Assembly (NCBI RefSeq): GCF_009914755.1 | Contig: NC_060926.1 | DNA: 64,000 nt | Origin: the human T2T-CHM13v2.0 reference genome, Homo sapiens | Direction: 5' to 3' (one strand) | Shown: positions 43,841 to 58,562 of the stretch, in pieces | Layout of the letters: the number at the start of each line of letters is the position of its first letter | How positions within the stretch are numbered: position 1 is the stretch's first letter | The notes under the pieces: model-generated | What the model was told of the DNA's origin: nothing | The model's database searches: none | What the model saw: the letters and a program-made list of their open reading frames with translations, nothing else | Made by a program: the position numbers and the translations under genes

Positions 43841-44301
43841 CCAACTTTGTTCTTCTTAAGATTGCTTTGGCTATTCTGGGTCTCTTGAATTTCTGAATTT
43901 TAGGACAAGCTTGTCAATGTAGGCAAAAAAACCAGTTGGGATATTAATAAGAATTGCATTGAATCTGTAGAAAATTTGGAGAGTTTTGCCATTTTAACAA
44001 CAATAAGTCTTCTGATCCATTAAAGTGGAGTGTCTTTACATTTATTTGGATCTTTAGTTTCTTTCAACAATATTTTGTTGTTTTCTGTGTACACGCCATA
44101 CACTTAATTTTGTTAAATTTATACCTAAGTATTTTATTGTTATTGATGAAATTGTAATGAAATCGTTTCCTTAATTTTATTTTCACATCGTTCATGGCTA
44201 GTGTATAAAAATACAACTGATTTTTGTATATTGATCTTGTATCCTGCAACCCTACTAAATTTGTTTATTAATTCTAGTAGTTTTTTAATGAATTCCTTAC
44301 C

Positions 44302-45040
44302 TGTGGTATAATACAAAAATATATTTGGTCTTTGCCCCTGGTTCCTGGTACAGAGCTCAAAAGTCCTTGGGATTTCCTGAGGTATAGGAGTTCTTTCATT
44401 ATTCCTAACTATACCTGAGTTTATGCTAACAAGGTAACTCATGGTGGACACTCAGATAGTTTCAAGGAAAGGGCTGATCAGGACATGATTAGAGGGTTAG
44501 GGCTTTCAGCCCCACCCTTCAACCTCTGGGAAGGGGAGGGGCACTAGAGATTGAATTAAGTCATGTGGCCAATGATTTAATCAATCATGCCTACAAAATG
44601 AAGCCCCGGTAAAACCTTGAAAAATGAGGTTTGGGGAGCTTCTGAATTTGAGAATGCATTGGTGTACCAAGAGACTTTTGCTCCTGGAGAGGACATGAAA
44701 GCCCTATACTCCCATTCACATACCTTGTCCTGTGCATCTCTTCCATTTGGCTGTTCCTGAGTTGTATCCTTTATAATAAAACTGTAATTGTAAGTACAGC
44801 ACTCCTGAATTTTGTGACTAGTTCTAGCAAATTATCAAGCATGAGGGGAGACTGGTCATAGGAACCTCCAAATTTGTAGTTGGCTGGGAAGAAATTTGGG
44901 CACCCTAGGACCCCACTTGGGGTTAATATCTAAAAATGAAGGTAGTATTATGGGATTGAGCTCTTAACTTGTAGCGTCTGCACTAATTCCAGGTAGTTGG
45001 TGTCAGAATTGAATTGAATTGTTGGATACCCAGTTTGTGA
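44302..45040 (+). mobile_element. MER21-like LTR inside L1
   Basis: cctgagtttatgctaa, catgattagagggttag, tggccaatgatttaatcaatcatgccta, catctcttccatttggctgttcctgagttgtatcc. Confidence 0.85.
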
Positions 45041-45141
45041 TAAGGAATTACTGGAATGATGTACCTATTAAACTTCTTTGTTAATTCTCATCCTCTTTTA
45101 ATAGATTCTGTAAGATTTTTTACATTTAAGAGCAAATGATT

Positions 45142-45601
<460 letters not shown>

Positions 45602-46509
45602 CTATGGGTTTTTGTAGATGCCTTTTAACAGATTGAAAAAATTCCCTTTTATTCCTAATTTGTTGAGTGCTTTTATAATTAAAGAATGTTGATTTTATCA
45701 AATGCTTTTTATGCATCTATTGAGATACTTGTTTGATTTTTGTCTTTCATCCTGTTGATATAGTATATTACATTAATTGATTTCAAATGTTAACCCAATC
45801 ATTCCTGAAATAAAACCCACTTGGTCATGGGGTATAATCCTTCTTGTATGTCACTGGATTTTATTTGCTGGTATTTCATTGAGGATTTTTATGTTTCTAT
45901 TTCTAAGTTTCACACTATTGATTTTTAAATCATTTAGAGAAGAAGAAATATGCAATTATATTGTATATTATAATTACCTAATTAGCTTTCTCACAAGGCA
46001 AGCCTGCTAGCAATGAATTCACTTGTTTATCTGGGAGTATCTTTATTTTGCCTTCATTTTTGAAAGACAGGCATGCTGGATATAAGATTCTTGATTGAAT
46101 TTTTATTTTTTTATTTTTAGCACTTTAAATATGTCATTCCTTGCCTCCGGCCTCCATTGTTTATAATGGGAAGTCAGCTGGTTATCTTATTAGGATTCTC
46201 TTGCATGTGATAAGTTGTTTTCTCATAAAGCTTTCCAGAGTTTCTCTATCTTTGGCTTTTAATATTTTGATTACAATGTGTCTAGGTGTGGATTTCTTTG
46301 TATTTATCCTAATTGGAGTTTGTTGAGTTTATTGGACGTATAGATTAACATTTCTTCCAATAATTTTTCTTCTCCTCTCTCTGTCTTCTGTCATTCTAGT
46401 ACTCTGAAGTGAGAACAAGCAAGATTAATGTGCTCTGAATTAGAGGTCACTATAGCTCTCTATTCTAAGTTTAAATTATTCCCAAAGTCTTGGTGCTTAG
46501 TCCCTCTGT

Positions 46510-47001
46510 CCGTGGCTTGCAACCCTGGCTGCATGTTAGAATCACCTGTGGAGCTCTAAAAAAATCCCAACCACAAACCAATTACAGTCAGCCCTTTGTA
46601 TCTACTGGTTCTGTATCCACAGATTCAACCCACTTTGGATTAAAATATTTGGAAAAAATAGCAATACAACAATAAAAATAATACAAGTTAAAATAGTATG
46701 GTATAATTTTTATATAGCATTTATATTATATTGGGCATTGTAAGTAATTTACAGATGATTTAAAGTGTACAGGAGGATGTGTGCTGATTATATGCAAATA
46801 CTATACCATCTTATGTAAGGAAATTGAGTATCTTCGGATTTTGGTATCCACACAGGGTATGGGGAGGTACATCCTGGAACCAATCCCCAGAAGACACCGA
46901 GGGACAGTAGTACTTCAGAACTTCTGAAGTGGTGCTCAGGGATTGGTAGTTTTTAAAGTTCCCCAGGTGATTCCAGTGTACAGCCACTTAAAGAACCACT
47001 A
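46510..47001. mobile_element. MER5-family MITE split by MER2
   Basis: ccctggctgcatgttagaatcacctg...ttccccaggtgattcca...aagaaccact. Confidence 0.75.
46585..46910. mobile_element. MER2 (TcMar-Tigger MITE)
   Basis: cagtcagccctttgtatc...ggaaccaatcccc...gagggacagtag; flanked by TA at 46583-84 and 46911-12. Confidence 0.85.
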
Positions 47002-47479
47002 CTAGAGGCAAATGTTGAAGACTCTTAGCTGTGACCAAGGGAGGATTAGAGAGGCTAGGAGCCAGGCAGGTCTTTACAGATTGTGCAAGGTTTTTTACTT
47101 TTGAAAATCTCATCTAAGGACTCTCCACCAAAGTTCCAGGATTAGACTAATAAATTTCTATACACATGTGCCGTTCTTCTATATTGTTTCTGCCATTACC
47201 TTATATCTCATTCTCTGCTTCTTTTGAACAAGTAATACCTTTCCATTAGACCACAATCTATAATTTCTAACACCATGATTTTCATTTCAAACCCAGCAAG
47301 GATCCCAGCAGAAATTTTGGCATACATGGGCACTCCCATTAAGTCATTGAGAATGATCTAAATATTCGTTCAGAGGGAATGAGACCTTCTTGAAGAGATC
47401 ATATCTGCATCAAGAAAATTAAGGGTAGAGATGTATATATTAAATATTGACATATATGTTAGTATTATATATATAAATA

Positions 47480-48110
47480 GCCTTTATAAATCAAATAAAA
47501 ACTGAATACCACAACTTAAATGGCCTATAGATACATATATATATATATATTTAATATATAGGCAAAATACAGAAGCATGAACAAATATGGAATGCTTACT
47601 ATAATTTTAAAAAATTTAAATTCAAATATGAAGTATAATTTTTAAAGCTTTTAGATGGGCATAAATGAAAAAGATTGATAATATCCAGTCTAGTGAAGGT
47701 AAGGGAAAATGATTATCCTTATTCACAGCTGATGGGAGGGCCTCAGACCCTCCAACCTGTCCTCCATGCTACTACAAACTCTGTGGAAAGCATTCTCTTT
47801 TGTATTTATCAAAATTGTAACTCTATTCAACATTGATTCACCAAATCTTCTAAGAATTTATCCTAAGGAATAATAGACGTATGTGCAAGGATGTTTGTGT
47901 ACAAGGAGCTTAGTTGATAATTAGGTGACGATGAGCAACATTAACTCCATTAAAAAGGATTTGGTCAAATAAATTATGGTACATCCAACAACAGAATCCT
48001 CATTCAAAAATTAGAAAGTAGATCTTTATATTTGAAATAAGTTTATAGAATATGATGATTGCATTTATTTAAAAATTACAAAGATACATGGTTATATAGA
48101 CATTTAAATG
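47480..48110 (+). mobile_element. Very old L1 (L1ME-like) 3' fragment
   Basis: aaaagattgataatatccagt...aagaattttatcctaaggaa...aaataaattatggtacatcca. Confidence 0.7.
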
Positions 48111-48665
48111 CTCCAAATTGTTAGTTCACTTTCTCCGTATTACTCTGATGCTTTTACTATGTTCACATATAATCAGCAAAAGAGGAATAACAAGGGAATA
48201 GGTGATTCTAAGCCATTTATCCCTGGCCTAGCCCCTCAGATACCTATGTTAAAGCTAAAAGAGTTTTTCACTAACCTGCCATATGACTTTCTAGCACGAG
48301 CAGTTCCTTCTCATAAGAGGGACAGGCTAAGGTAAAGAGAGGTTTTCTCCCTTACTTTGTCACAGACCATAGCATAAGTGTGGCCCTTCAAGGAAGGAGA
48401 CTCAGGTGCTGACTAGGAGAGGATGGTGTGATGGAGAAGCAGTGGTGCTGACTAGCGGGGAGGCAGCTATGCCTGGCAGATGATGAGGCAAGGCTAGCAG
48501 AAACAGCCTTCATGCCCAGGAAAGGACCCGGCAGGAGGAATGTCTTATAGCTGACTGGACACTCTGTAGATTCTCAGAAACACTTCAGGGCAAATGTTTC
48601 TGGAATCTAAGGTCCTACAGAGGGGTAAATCTTGGTAATATACTTTTAAAAAATACATACAATAT

Positions 48666-49065
48666 CGTATTCAGCCATTCTTGGGTGGCTATAAATACCT
48701 GTGACTCAGTAATTTACAAGAAAAGAGGTTTAATTGGCTCACAGTTCTGCAGGCTGTACAGGAAGCATGGTGCTGGCATCTGCTTCTGGGGAAGCCTCAG
48801 GAAGCTTACAGTCATGGCAGAAGGTGAAGGGGGAGCAGGCCTGTCACAGAGTAGGAGCAGGAGCAAGAGGGTGGGGGGAGGTGCCACACACTTTTAAACA
48901 ACCAGATCTCACGAATCATGACTCGCTATCACAAGGACAGCACCAAACCATGAGGGACCCACCCCTGTGACCCAAACACCTCCCACCAGGCCCCATCACC
49001 AACATTGGGGATTATTATATGATTCAATATGAGATTTGACAGGGACATATATCCAAACTATACCA
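48666..49065 (-). mobile_element. Solo MST LTR (MSTA-like)
   Basis: aagaaaagaggtttaattggctcacagttctgcaggctgtacaggaagcatgg...atccaaactatacca; TSD aatat and aatct. Confidence 0.92.
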
Positions 49066-49087
49066 AATCTATATTTTTTTCAAAAAA

Positions 49088-49349
49088 ATTTTTTTATTTG
49101 AGAGGAGTTTCATCCTGTCACCCAAGCTGTGCAGTGGTGCGATCTCGGCTGACTGCAACCTCTGCCTCAGTGATTCTCCTGTCTCAGCCTCCCAAGTAGT
49201 TGGGATTACAGGCACCCACCACCACGCCCAGCTAATTTTTGTATTTTTAGTAGAGACAGGGTTTCGCCATGTTGGCTGGGCTGGTCTCAAACTCCTGACC
49301 TCAGGTGATCCGCCTGCCTGGGCCTCCCAAAGCGCTGGGATTACAGGCG
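49088..49349 (-). mobile_element. AluSx-like, slightly 5'-truncated with small internal deletions
   Basis: aactcctgacctcaggtgatccgcc; ends at ggattacaggcg. Confidence 0.9.
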
Positions 49350-49357
49350 AAAATAAA

Positions 49358-49965
49358 TTTTATTATGTACATTTAAGGTATACAATATGATGTTAAGGGC
49401 ACCAATAAGGGAACATATAGATAGTAAGAACAACACTATAGTGAAGAAAATGAACATATTCATCTCACACAGTTACCTTTTTTTGTGGCAAGAACAGCTA
49501 AAATCTACTTATTTAGCATGAACCCCAAAGGCAGCACAAAAGTATGACCTATAGTCCTCATGCTATACATTCGAGCTCTAGACTTGTTCATCCTACATAT
49601 TTGCTACTTTATATCCTCTGACCTACATCTCCCTAGTTCCTTCCCCTGTTATTTTGTTCTCTTTGTATATTTGTATTTATTTATTATTGGATTCCACATA
49701 TAAGTGAGACCACGCAATATTTTTCTGTGTCTGATTACTTAGGATAATCTTCTCTAGATTCATTCACATTGTGGCAAATAATAAGATCTCATTCTTTATT
49801 GGGGCTAAAATATATATATATTTCATACATATATATAAAATATATATATACACACCCCCACACACACCACAGTTGCTGTTGCTCTATCCATTCATTCTTC
49901 AAGGGACACTTAGGTTGTTTCCATATCTTGACTGTTGTGAAAAATGCTGCAGCGAACACGGGGAC
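49358..49965 (-). mobile_element. L1MA-like 3' end
   Basis: gtacatttaaggtatacaatatgatg...gattccacatataagtgag...gacacttaggttgtttccatatcttg. Confidence 0.85.
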
Positions 49966-50787
49966 TTGAACTCATTTATATACACTATAGGCTGGTGAGG
50001 CCTTGGGAAACTCAAGTTATGTGGCTAAAGAAATAGATTTTTTAAAATTTACACATTTGTCAACAAATTTAATATAATAATTTCCATATATCTTATAATT
50101 AATTGTAAAATGTTTTTATTTATAATACCAAAAAAGTTATCAAATTTATTAATCTTCCTGAGTTCTTCCATGTCTCTGTAACCTCCATCTCTGAGTCCTG
50201 ACCTGGAACACAGGCTCTCAAAGGCTGGAACAGGTTGTAAAGAGATTATGATATTAAACAATGCCGGAATCAACACAGGAGCTAACCTTTAGCCCAGTCC
50301 AATTCTACTTGTATGGCCACAGATCTCCTTATTTTGAAATAAACAAAAAGCAGGAAGGATCCACCTTCTCCAATTTCCTCAATCGCTTCTCCCAGGGATG
50401 TTTAAGCTTCCATCATCTAAACTATACTTGGGGCCGGGAGTTTTGGCCACTACCCCCTACAGCCTGTGCCCTTACAAACGTGATGGCTTCAAGGCTGGGA
50501 GGGTGAATCCGGCTTCCACTGCCTGTGCTTGAAAAGAGTAACTTTTGTGAACAGTGCCAGAGACAAACTAGAATCTGATCCTGAGAACAACTGCTTTCCC
50601 TTGAGTAAAGAACACATGTCAGGGAAGAGAAGCACAGACTCTTAAAGAGGGGCCATCCAAAGAAACTGAGAAAACAAGAAGGACATGAGTTGGGCACCTG
50701 AAGATAGAAACGGGACAAAATGAAGGATGAAGAGTAGGGGGGAGGTGAAGGAGCAAAAAAAAAAAAAAAAAAAAAAAGAAGAAGAAA

Positions 50788-51143
<356 letters not shown>

Positions 51144-51644
51144 TCATGGTATACCAACACATCCATATTATTTCCACTTTCAAACCCAGCTGTTTGGAAC
51201 TTCCTCCTTTTTTTTCCTCCTCCAATATTTAAGGAATAAGTCTCACGTGGTGGTTTTCAGTCTTCCTGAATTGTTTTTACTAGTTCTCTAAATTAGCTAA
51301 ATGGCCTTAAGCAAATACTTATAATACACTTTTTATTATTAGAGAAGCAGTATATATGCTTGGAGGAAAATAATAAAATACTAATTAATAAAACAATTAA
51401 AATGTCTTATTCTTTCTGTCTAAGAGTACATACCTCTTAGGGTATTCTGACATATACTTGAAAGGCTAGCACAATCTGCCTTTTATGTTAGTGTCTTTTT
51501 AAAAAGACCAGTCCAGTTGTCCTATAGATTGGTCCACCTTCTGGGTTTGTCTGGTTGCTTTCACCTGGTATCATTTAACTTGTTTCCCTATTGCTTGAAT
51601 CAACTGTAAAATAGAAGTCGTGTCTAAAACTGTGTATTCTTTAA

Positions 51645-53250
<1,606 letters not shown>

Positions 53251-53784
53251 AACTTTCTGTATTCTAATTAGATATTTCTGACCACATTACATCATAGGTG
53301 ATGTTAGACACTCCACTTTGAATCCCATCAGAAGATATTACCTTGGTGAACCACCTTTAGAAATAACTGTTTATTCAGTGTCATGACCATTAGATCCCCC
53401 CATTGTTCAGTGATATCTTCCTTTGTGATTAGAAAGTAATTTATGTGGTGTTAATCTGGTGCCAAAAGATTGTCGAGTTATTAATTAACTATTTTCCTAA
53501 TGGCTTTAACAAGTAATTTTACTACTTGTTTTCATCACCAAGTAATCATCTGGTTTCTGTTCTGTAAAATGAAGGATTAGATAAGATTATCTCAAACTTC
53601 ACTTTTAGCTTTATATTACTTTATTATCTTAGTCTCTATGTTGGGTTTATTTGCAATGAGCTATATTTTTTTCTACAGTAACAAAATGAGATGGTTACTT
53701 CAAATGACTAAGGCAGTGGACATTTATCTCCAGGAAGAGGTGGCAATCTCTTAGTGAATGATATTTTAAGGAAACGTAATTTGT

Positions 53785-53937
53785 TTTCTCTTTTCCTTCC
53801 TTTCTTTCTTTCTTTTCTCTTTCTTTCTCTTCTTCTTCCTCCTTCCTTCCTTCTTCCCTTCCTCTCTCCCTCCCTTCCTCCCTCCATCCCTCTCTGTCTC
53901 TTTCTCCCTTCCCTTCCTTTTTCTTTCTTTGTTTGTT

Positions 53938-53997
<60 letters not shown>

Positions 53998-54014
53998 TTT
54001 CTTTTTCTTTCTTT
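53785..54014. repeat. Polypyrimidine tract including a perfect (CTTT)n STR (~53937-53997)
   Basis: direct reading. Confidence 0.95.
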
Positions 54015-54069
54015 CTGCTGCTCCTCGTGGAGCAGGGCTAACTCACAGGCAGTGTGCCCAAAGTTGGCT
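54015..54069 (-). mobile_element. ~55-nt retroposed fragment, probably ERV1-LTR derived
   Basis: minus strand agccaactttgggcacactgcctgtgagttagccctgctccacgaggagcagcag followed by (GAAA)n; degenerate 20-bp flanking direct repeats. Confidence 0.55.
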
Positions 54070-54240
54070 GAGACATACTATTCTTTCTCCCATGTTTGTT
54101 TTGTCCTTTTATTATTTTACTGTGGCTACTCAAGAGGCTGATATGATAACAGCCTCAGTCACTGAGTTTCATATTTTAAGGCAATGACACTAAACATTAG
54201 TGACACCAAATCCAACCTCTGGAGAAATGTGAGTAGCTGA

Positions 54241-54285
54241 GATGATAGATGATAGATAGATAGATAGATAGATAGATAGTGATAG
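54241..54285. repeat. (GATA)n tetranucleotide STR
   Basis: gatgatagatgatagatagatagatagatagatagatag. Confidence 0.95.
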
Positions 54286-54294
54286 AAATTTCCT

Positions 54295-54630
54295 GAATCC
54301 TTGGGAATGTTTTGAGTAAAGAAGACTGGAAAAGACCAAGGAGAGACAAAAATGACCATTTGTAAGTATCTTGATGTCTCAGATCTACATCTAAGAAAAC
54401 AGACCTAGTCTTTGTTGAATAAAGAAATAAGATGGGGTGGAATTTAAAGGCAGGCAGATATCAGATCAATATAAAGAAGCTCTCTCTAAAATCCAGTCTG
54501 TCTGGACTAGAACAGGCTGCTGTACTGTGAGGCAGACAGCTACTACTCCTGGAAGGGTCCCAACAGAGCCTGGTGAGCCACCATTCAGGAATGCTAGGGC
54601 CAGACTTCTGCATCAGGCCAGAAGTGGGCA
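54295..54630 (+). mobile_element. L3/CR1 3' fragment
   Basis: ggcagatatcagatcaatataaagaag...tagaacaggctgc...cagagcctggtgagccacc. Confidence 0.6.
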
Positions 54631-54779
54631 AAATAACATCTTCTCCCTCTTCATTCATATTATTAAACTCTAACTCTCATTTTACCTCCTCAACATTTCA
54701 CACATTTATCCACTATCATTTTTAGCTCCACTGCCTAGGGCTAAAATCTCCTACCAATTTTCTACATGAACTTGATGCT

Positions 54780-55125
54780 CAAGGCAAATTTTACTAGTCA
54801 CTCGTCCTGCTTCCCCTATCATTGTAAATTATTTCCCAACGCTCAGCTCGAAATATTTTCCTAAGGGAAGTGTTTTTCTAGTCCAACCCAGCAGAGTCCT
54901 TGACTACCTCAACTGAACAAAATGATACCTTGTGGCTACTTCCATTATGCACTTATCACTCTCTATTGTAATTTTTTGCTTACACATCTGGCTCCCCTAC
55001 TAGATGATAACCTCCTCCAGGGCAAGGAGCATGCCTTAACTTTGTATCACCAGAACCTGGAAGAGTATTTCCTATAATAGTTGCTCAAAAAATATTTGGT
55101 GAATAAATGAATCAATTTATGAATC
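54780..55125 (+). mobile_element. L2 3' end
   Basis: ccctactagatgataacctcctccagggcaagg...gctcaaaaaatatttggtgaataaatgaat. Confidence 0.75.
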
Positions 55126-57278
55126 ATTGAGATTCTATAATTCTATTCAGTTCTTATAATCATATGACAGCTTTGGGGGTGAGAATGGAGTGTTTGGCGA
55201 CTGACGACAGTATTTTTGTATCTAAAGTAGTACTTCTCAGCTTTCAATTTGCTATGATCTTCATCTGTCCCCTTGAGAGGATGAGTTTGCTATGGATGAC
55301 TAAAAAGAAGTATTGACTACTGACTACAACAGTAAAGAGAAAAGTAAAACGTTATTGCAATGAGCTTTTGGCTCTCACAATGCCCTATCTGAAGACTTAG
55401 TTAATACTGATGAAAAGAGGAGACATAGGGAAGTGGAAAGGATATCATTTGATTATTGGAGGGGAGGAAGAAGAGAGAAGTAGTGGAGAACATGGGTATG
55501 AGAATGTAAACATCAGAAGACAGAATGGATGAGTCATATATAAAAGGCATTATACATATCTTGATATATATATCATATATAATGATATATATATCATGCC
55601 ATCACAAAATAACATCATATATATATACATATATACACATAGACCTATATATGTATGATGTTTGTGATGCACTGATAAGAGAGTCATGTTTAGAGGACCC
55701 TAGGAGTTATCAATCTGTGGTCAAGAAGAGAGCACCAAGAGCCTCCTGGGAGGCTTTATGGCATCCTAGCAGATGAAGATCAGCCTACAGATGTGCTGAA
55801 GAAGGATGCTCAGCCGTTGACACTAGGCCTTTTCTCCCTGCTGAAATAAGCAGCACCTTTTCATGCCATGACAAGTAATTTTTGGCTCTCTTGGCTATGG
55901 CCATCCTGAAGGAAATTTGGGAATTAGGCAAAATTTAACATGTATCTATATCGTCTTTTTACAGCCTCTGCTGCCATCTCTAGTTCTCTAATTTCCCCAT
56001 TGCCCCTTAATTTTCCCCATTGCCCCAACCCTCTCTGCAGCTGTGGCACCCCATCAAGGCATCCTGGCATTCCATTCTCTGGGACTTATTCTCGCCTAAC
56101 CCTCCCTAGTAGCCATGACACCATGTTTATTCTCTCTGGAAAATATGCTTGACCAGTCTGAGAAAAATTGTTAGTGACTGACAATGGCTGTGATTCCTAG
56201 TGGGTTATTCTTCCTACATTTGCATTCTGCCAGGGATTTTCAATGGCTTAATCAAAAGGTAGAGAAAATATTAAATACAAAAAAAGGGAAACCATTTGAA
56301 AAGGTAACCCAAACTTCACCTTCTTTTAAAAGAGGTCTCGACCTTAAGAAGCTTTGAGATTCTTAAGATATAGATTTCATATTTCATTAAAATAAACAGA
56401 ACATGTAGTTCTAGAGATTTTTGTTTTACTCTAATGATTTTGATAGCAGTTGTTATTTGGGGAGGAGTATATTTGTCAAAGCAACTAATCATCTTTGTAT
56501 TTAAAAAAAAATCCCAGAATGTAATGGGAATTTGGAAATCTGCCCAGTATGCTTTCTGAGAAATAGACAGTGATTGTTGGCATCTCTTTTTTTTGTGCCT
56601 CTTCCTAACACTCCCTCACAGGGGCACACCCTGCCCATTGTCAGGGTGAATCTAAAGACACATTGTTGTCTCATACTTTAATGAGACAGAAATGTATTGT
56701 CTCCAAACTACACTGAAAGAAAATCAAATGGGGCAACCACTGAAAGAAAATTAAATGGCAAAACCACAAGTTTTAACTGCTGCTCTATGAACCTACTCTT
56801 CAGGAATGTAATACTGGTTTTCAATGGTGCCTGGAAATTTTTTCCTCTGGGTTGAGAAAGGAAAAAAAGGAAAGGATGAGGAAGACAGAAAAGGAGGAAG
56901 AAAAAAAATGAGGGAAGGAATATTCCAACTCCTTACTGCTAAGCAGTAATGTTGAGATATCAACATTTTGAAATGAAACCTTCTTAGAATATTTATTTTT
57001 TCCAAATTTGGCCCAGGGCCTTGACTGGCAGTACTTGTGCACTTTATTACTCATATACATTTTAAATAATTATGTACAACTTTCCATATTTCATTCTATC
57101 CCTCTATCTCCATGTTGGGGCATCTGAAACAACTATTTCAGGCATTTGGTTTTCTGGTCTCTAAGGAAAGATATCTCCAATTCTGTTTTTGCTCTTGCCT
57201 ACATTCTTTTGACATTATTATAAAAGCAGACACGATAATGAGCTTTGACGGGATGAGCTGCTGAAATGGCTTAGGATT

Positions 57279-57505
57279 CAGGATTCAGCATGCTATGGCC
57301 CACAAACCAAAACCAGACTGCTGTCTGCTTCTTAGTTTCATTGAAGCATAGCCATGCCCATTCATTTATTTGTTGCCTATGGCTGCTTCTGTGCTATACT
57401 GACAAAGTTGACAGGGACTGTACGGTATACAAAGCCTAAAATTGTGACAACTACTGTATGGCCTGAAAAGCCTAAATTCTTACTATCTGAATATTTTCAG
57501 TTTGC
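57279..57505. mobile_element. MER58A-like hAT MITE with a short internal duplication
   Basis: atagccatgcccattcattta...ctatggctgctt; actgta...aaagcctaaa occurs twice. Confidence 0.75.
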
Positions 57506-57749
57506 ACAAGAATATAAACCAAATATGTCAACTATGCACACCATTTAATTCAGCTGACACGATTTTTGCAGCAAGACTTTGTTGATGAGGGAAGAAGTGT
57601 ACAGATTGACATTCTGGTGCAAGCTCTTTGTCTCTCTGGATCAGCACTTTTAGTAGCACTGATTTAAGTGACTCTATAAAACTTTTACTTTAAGGAAAAT
57701 ACTTACTTGATAACATTTCTAGGCTGTGTGACTCATAGATGTGGTTAGA

Positions 57750-58562
57750 GCTATCAGACTTTGCTATTTCATAAAGTTGCCCCCAAACTTTGTGACTCAA
57801 AACAAATTGCAGTTTGGCATTTTGGACTGGGCTCAGCTTGGTGGTTTGGCTTTGTACAGGCTAAGATGATCTTACAGCTGGACTTGTTCATGTATCCGTG
57901 GGCAGCTGGTGGGTTAGCTAGGGCTGGTTAGTCTAGGACTGTTCAACTATTGCAGCTTTCTGCCCCTCTCGGTCTCCCTTGATGCCCAAGATATGTTGGG
58001 CAGGAGTCTGAGATCAGAAGGAATGAAAGCTCTGAGGTCTCTTGACACCTGGATTCAAAACACACGCAACCATAAAAAATGACGAGTTCATGTCTTTTGT
58101 AGGGACATGGATGAAGCTGGAAACCATCATTCTCAGCAAACTATCACAAGGACAAAAAACCAAACACCGCATGTTCCCACTCATAGGTGGGAATTGAACA
58201 ATGAGAACACATGGACACAGGAAGGGGAACATCACACACCGGGCCTGTTGTGGGGTGGGGGGAGGGGGAGGGATAGCATTAGGAGATATACCTAATGTTA
58301 AATGACGAGTTAATGGGTGCAGCACACTGACATGGCACATGTATACATATGTAACAAACCTGCATGTTGTGCACATGTACCGTAAAACTTAAAGTATAAT
58401 AAAAAAATAAAATAAAAAACACACAAACTATCACTTCCATCACATTCTTGGCCCAAGCAAGTTTCAAGAGCAGCTCACCTGATCTTGGGGGTGGGGAAAT
58501 AGACTCCACTTCTTGCTGGAAGGAGCTGCAAAGTATTGCAGCCATTTTTGCAATCAACCACA
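57750..58562 (-). mobile_element. MaLR LTR (MLT1F/G-like) split by an L1PA fragment
   Basis: ggactgggctcagct...atagactccacttcttgctggaaggagctgcaaag...ccatttttgcaatcaaccaca. Confidence 0.75.
58066..58415 (+). mobile_element. Primate L1PA (PA3/PA4-like), 350-bp 5'-truncated 3' end
   Basis: gggacatggatgaagctggaaaccatcattctcagcaaactatc...cctaatgttaaatgacgagttaatgggtgcagcacac...aaagtataataaa; TSD aaaacacac at 58057-65 and 58416-24. Confidence 0.95.

Noticed and set aside
47523-47563. gcctata...(TA)n...tataggc cruciform-prone hairpin
   Set aside because: Self-complementarity is largely a trivial property of the (TA)n run inside an old L1 fragment
50755-50787. A23 tract upstream of an Alu as the tail of a processed pseudogene
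   Set aside because: No polyadenylation signal, mRNA-like sequence or TSD recognisable upstream; most simply an expanded A-rich Alu target site
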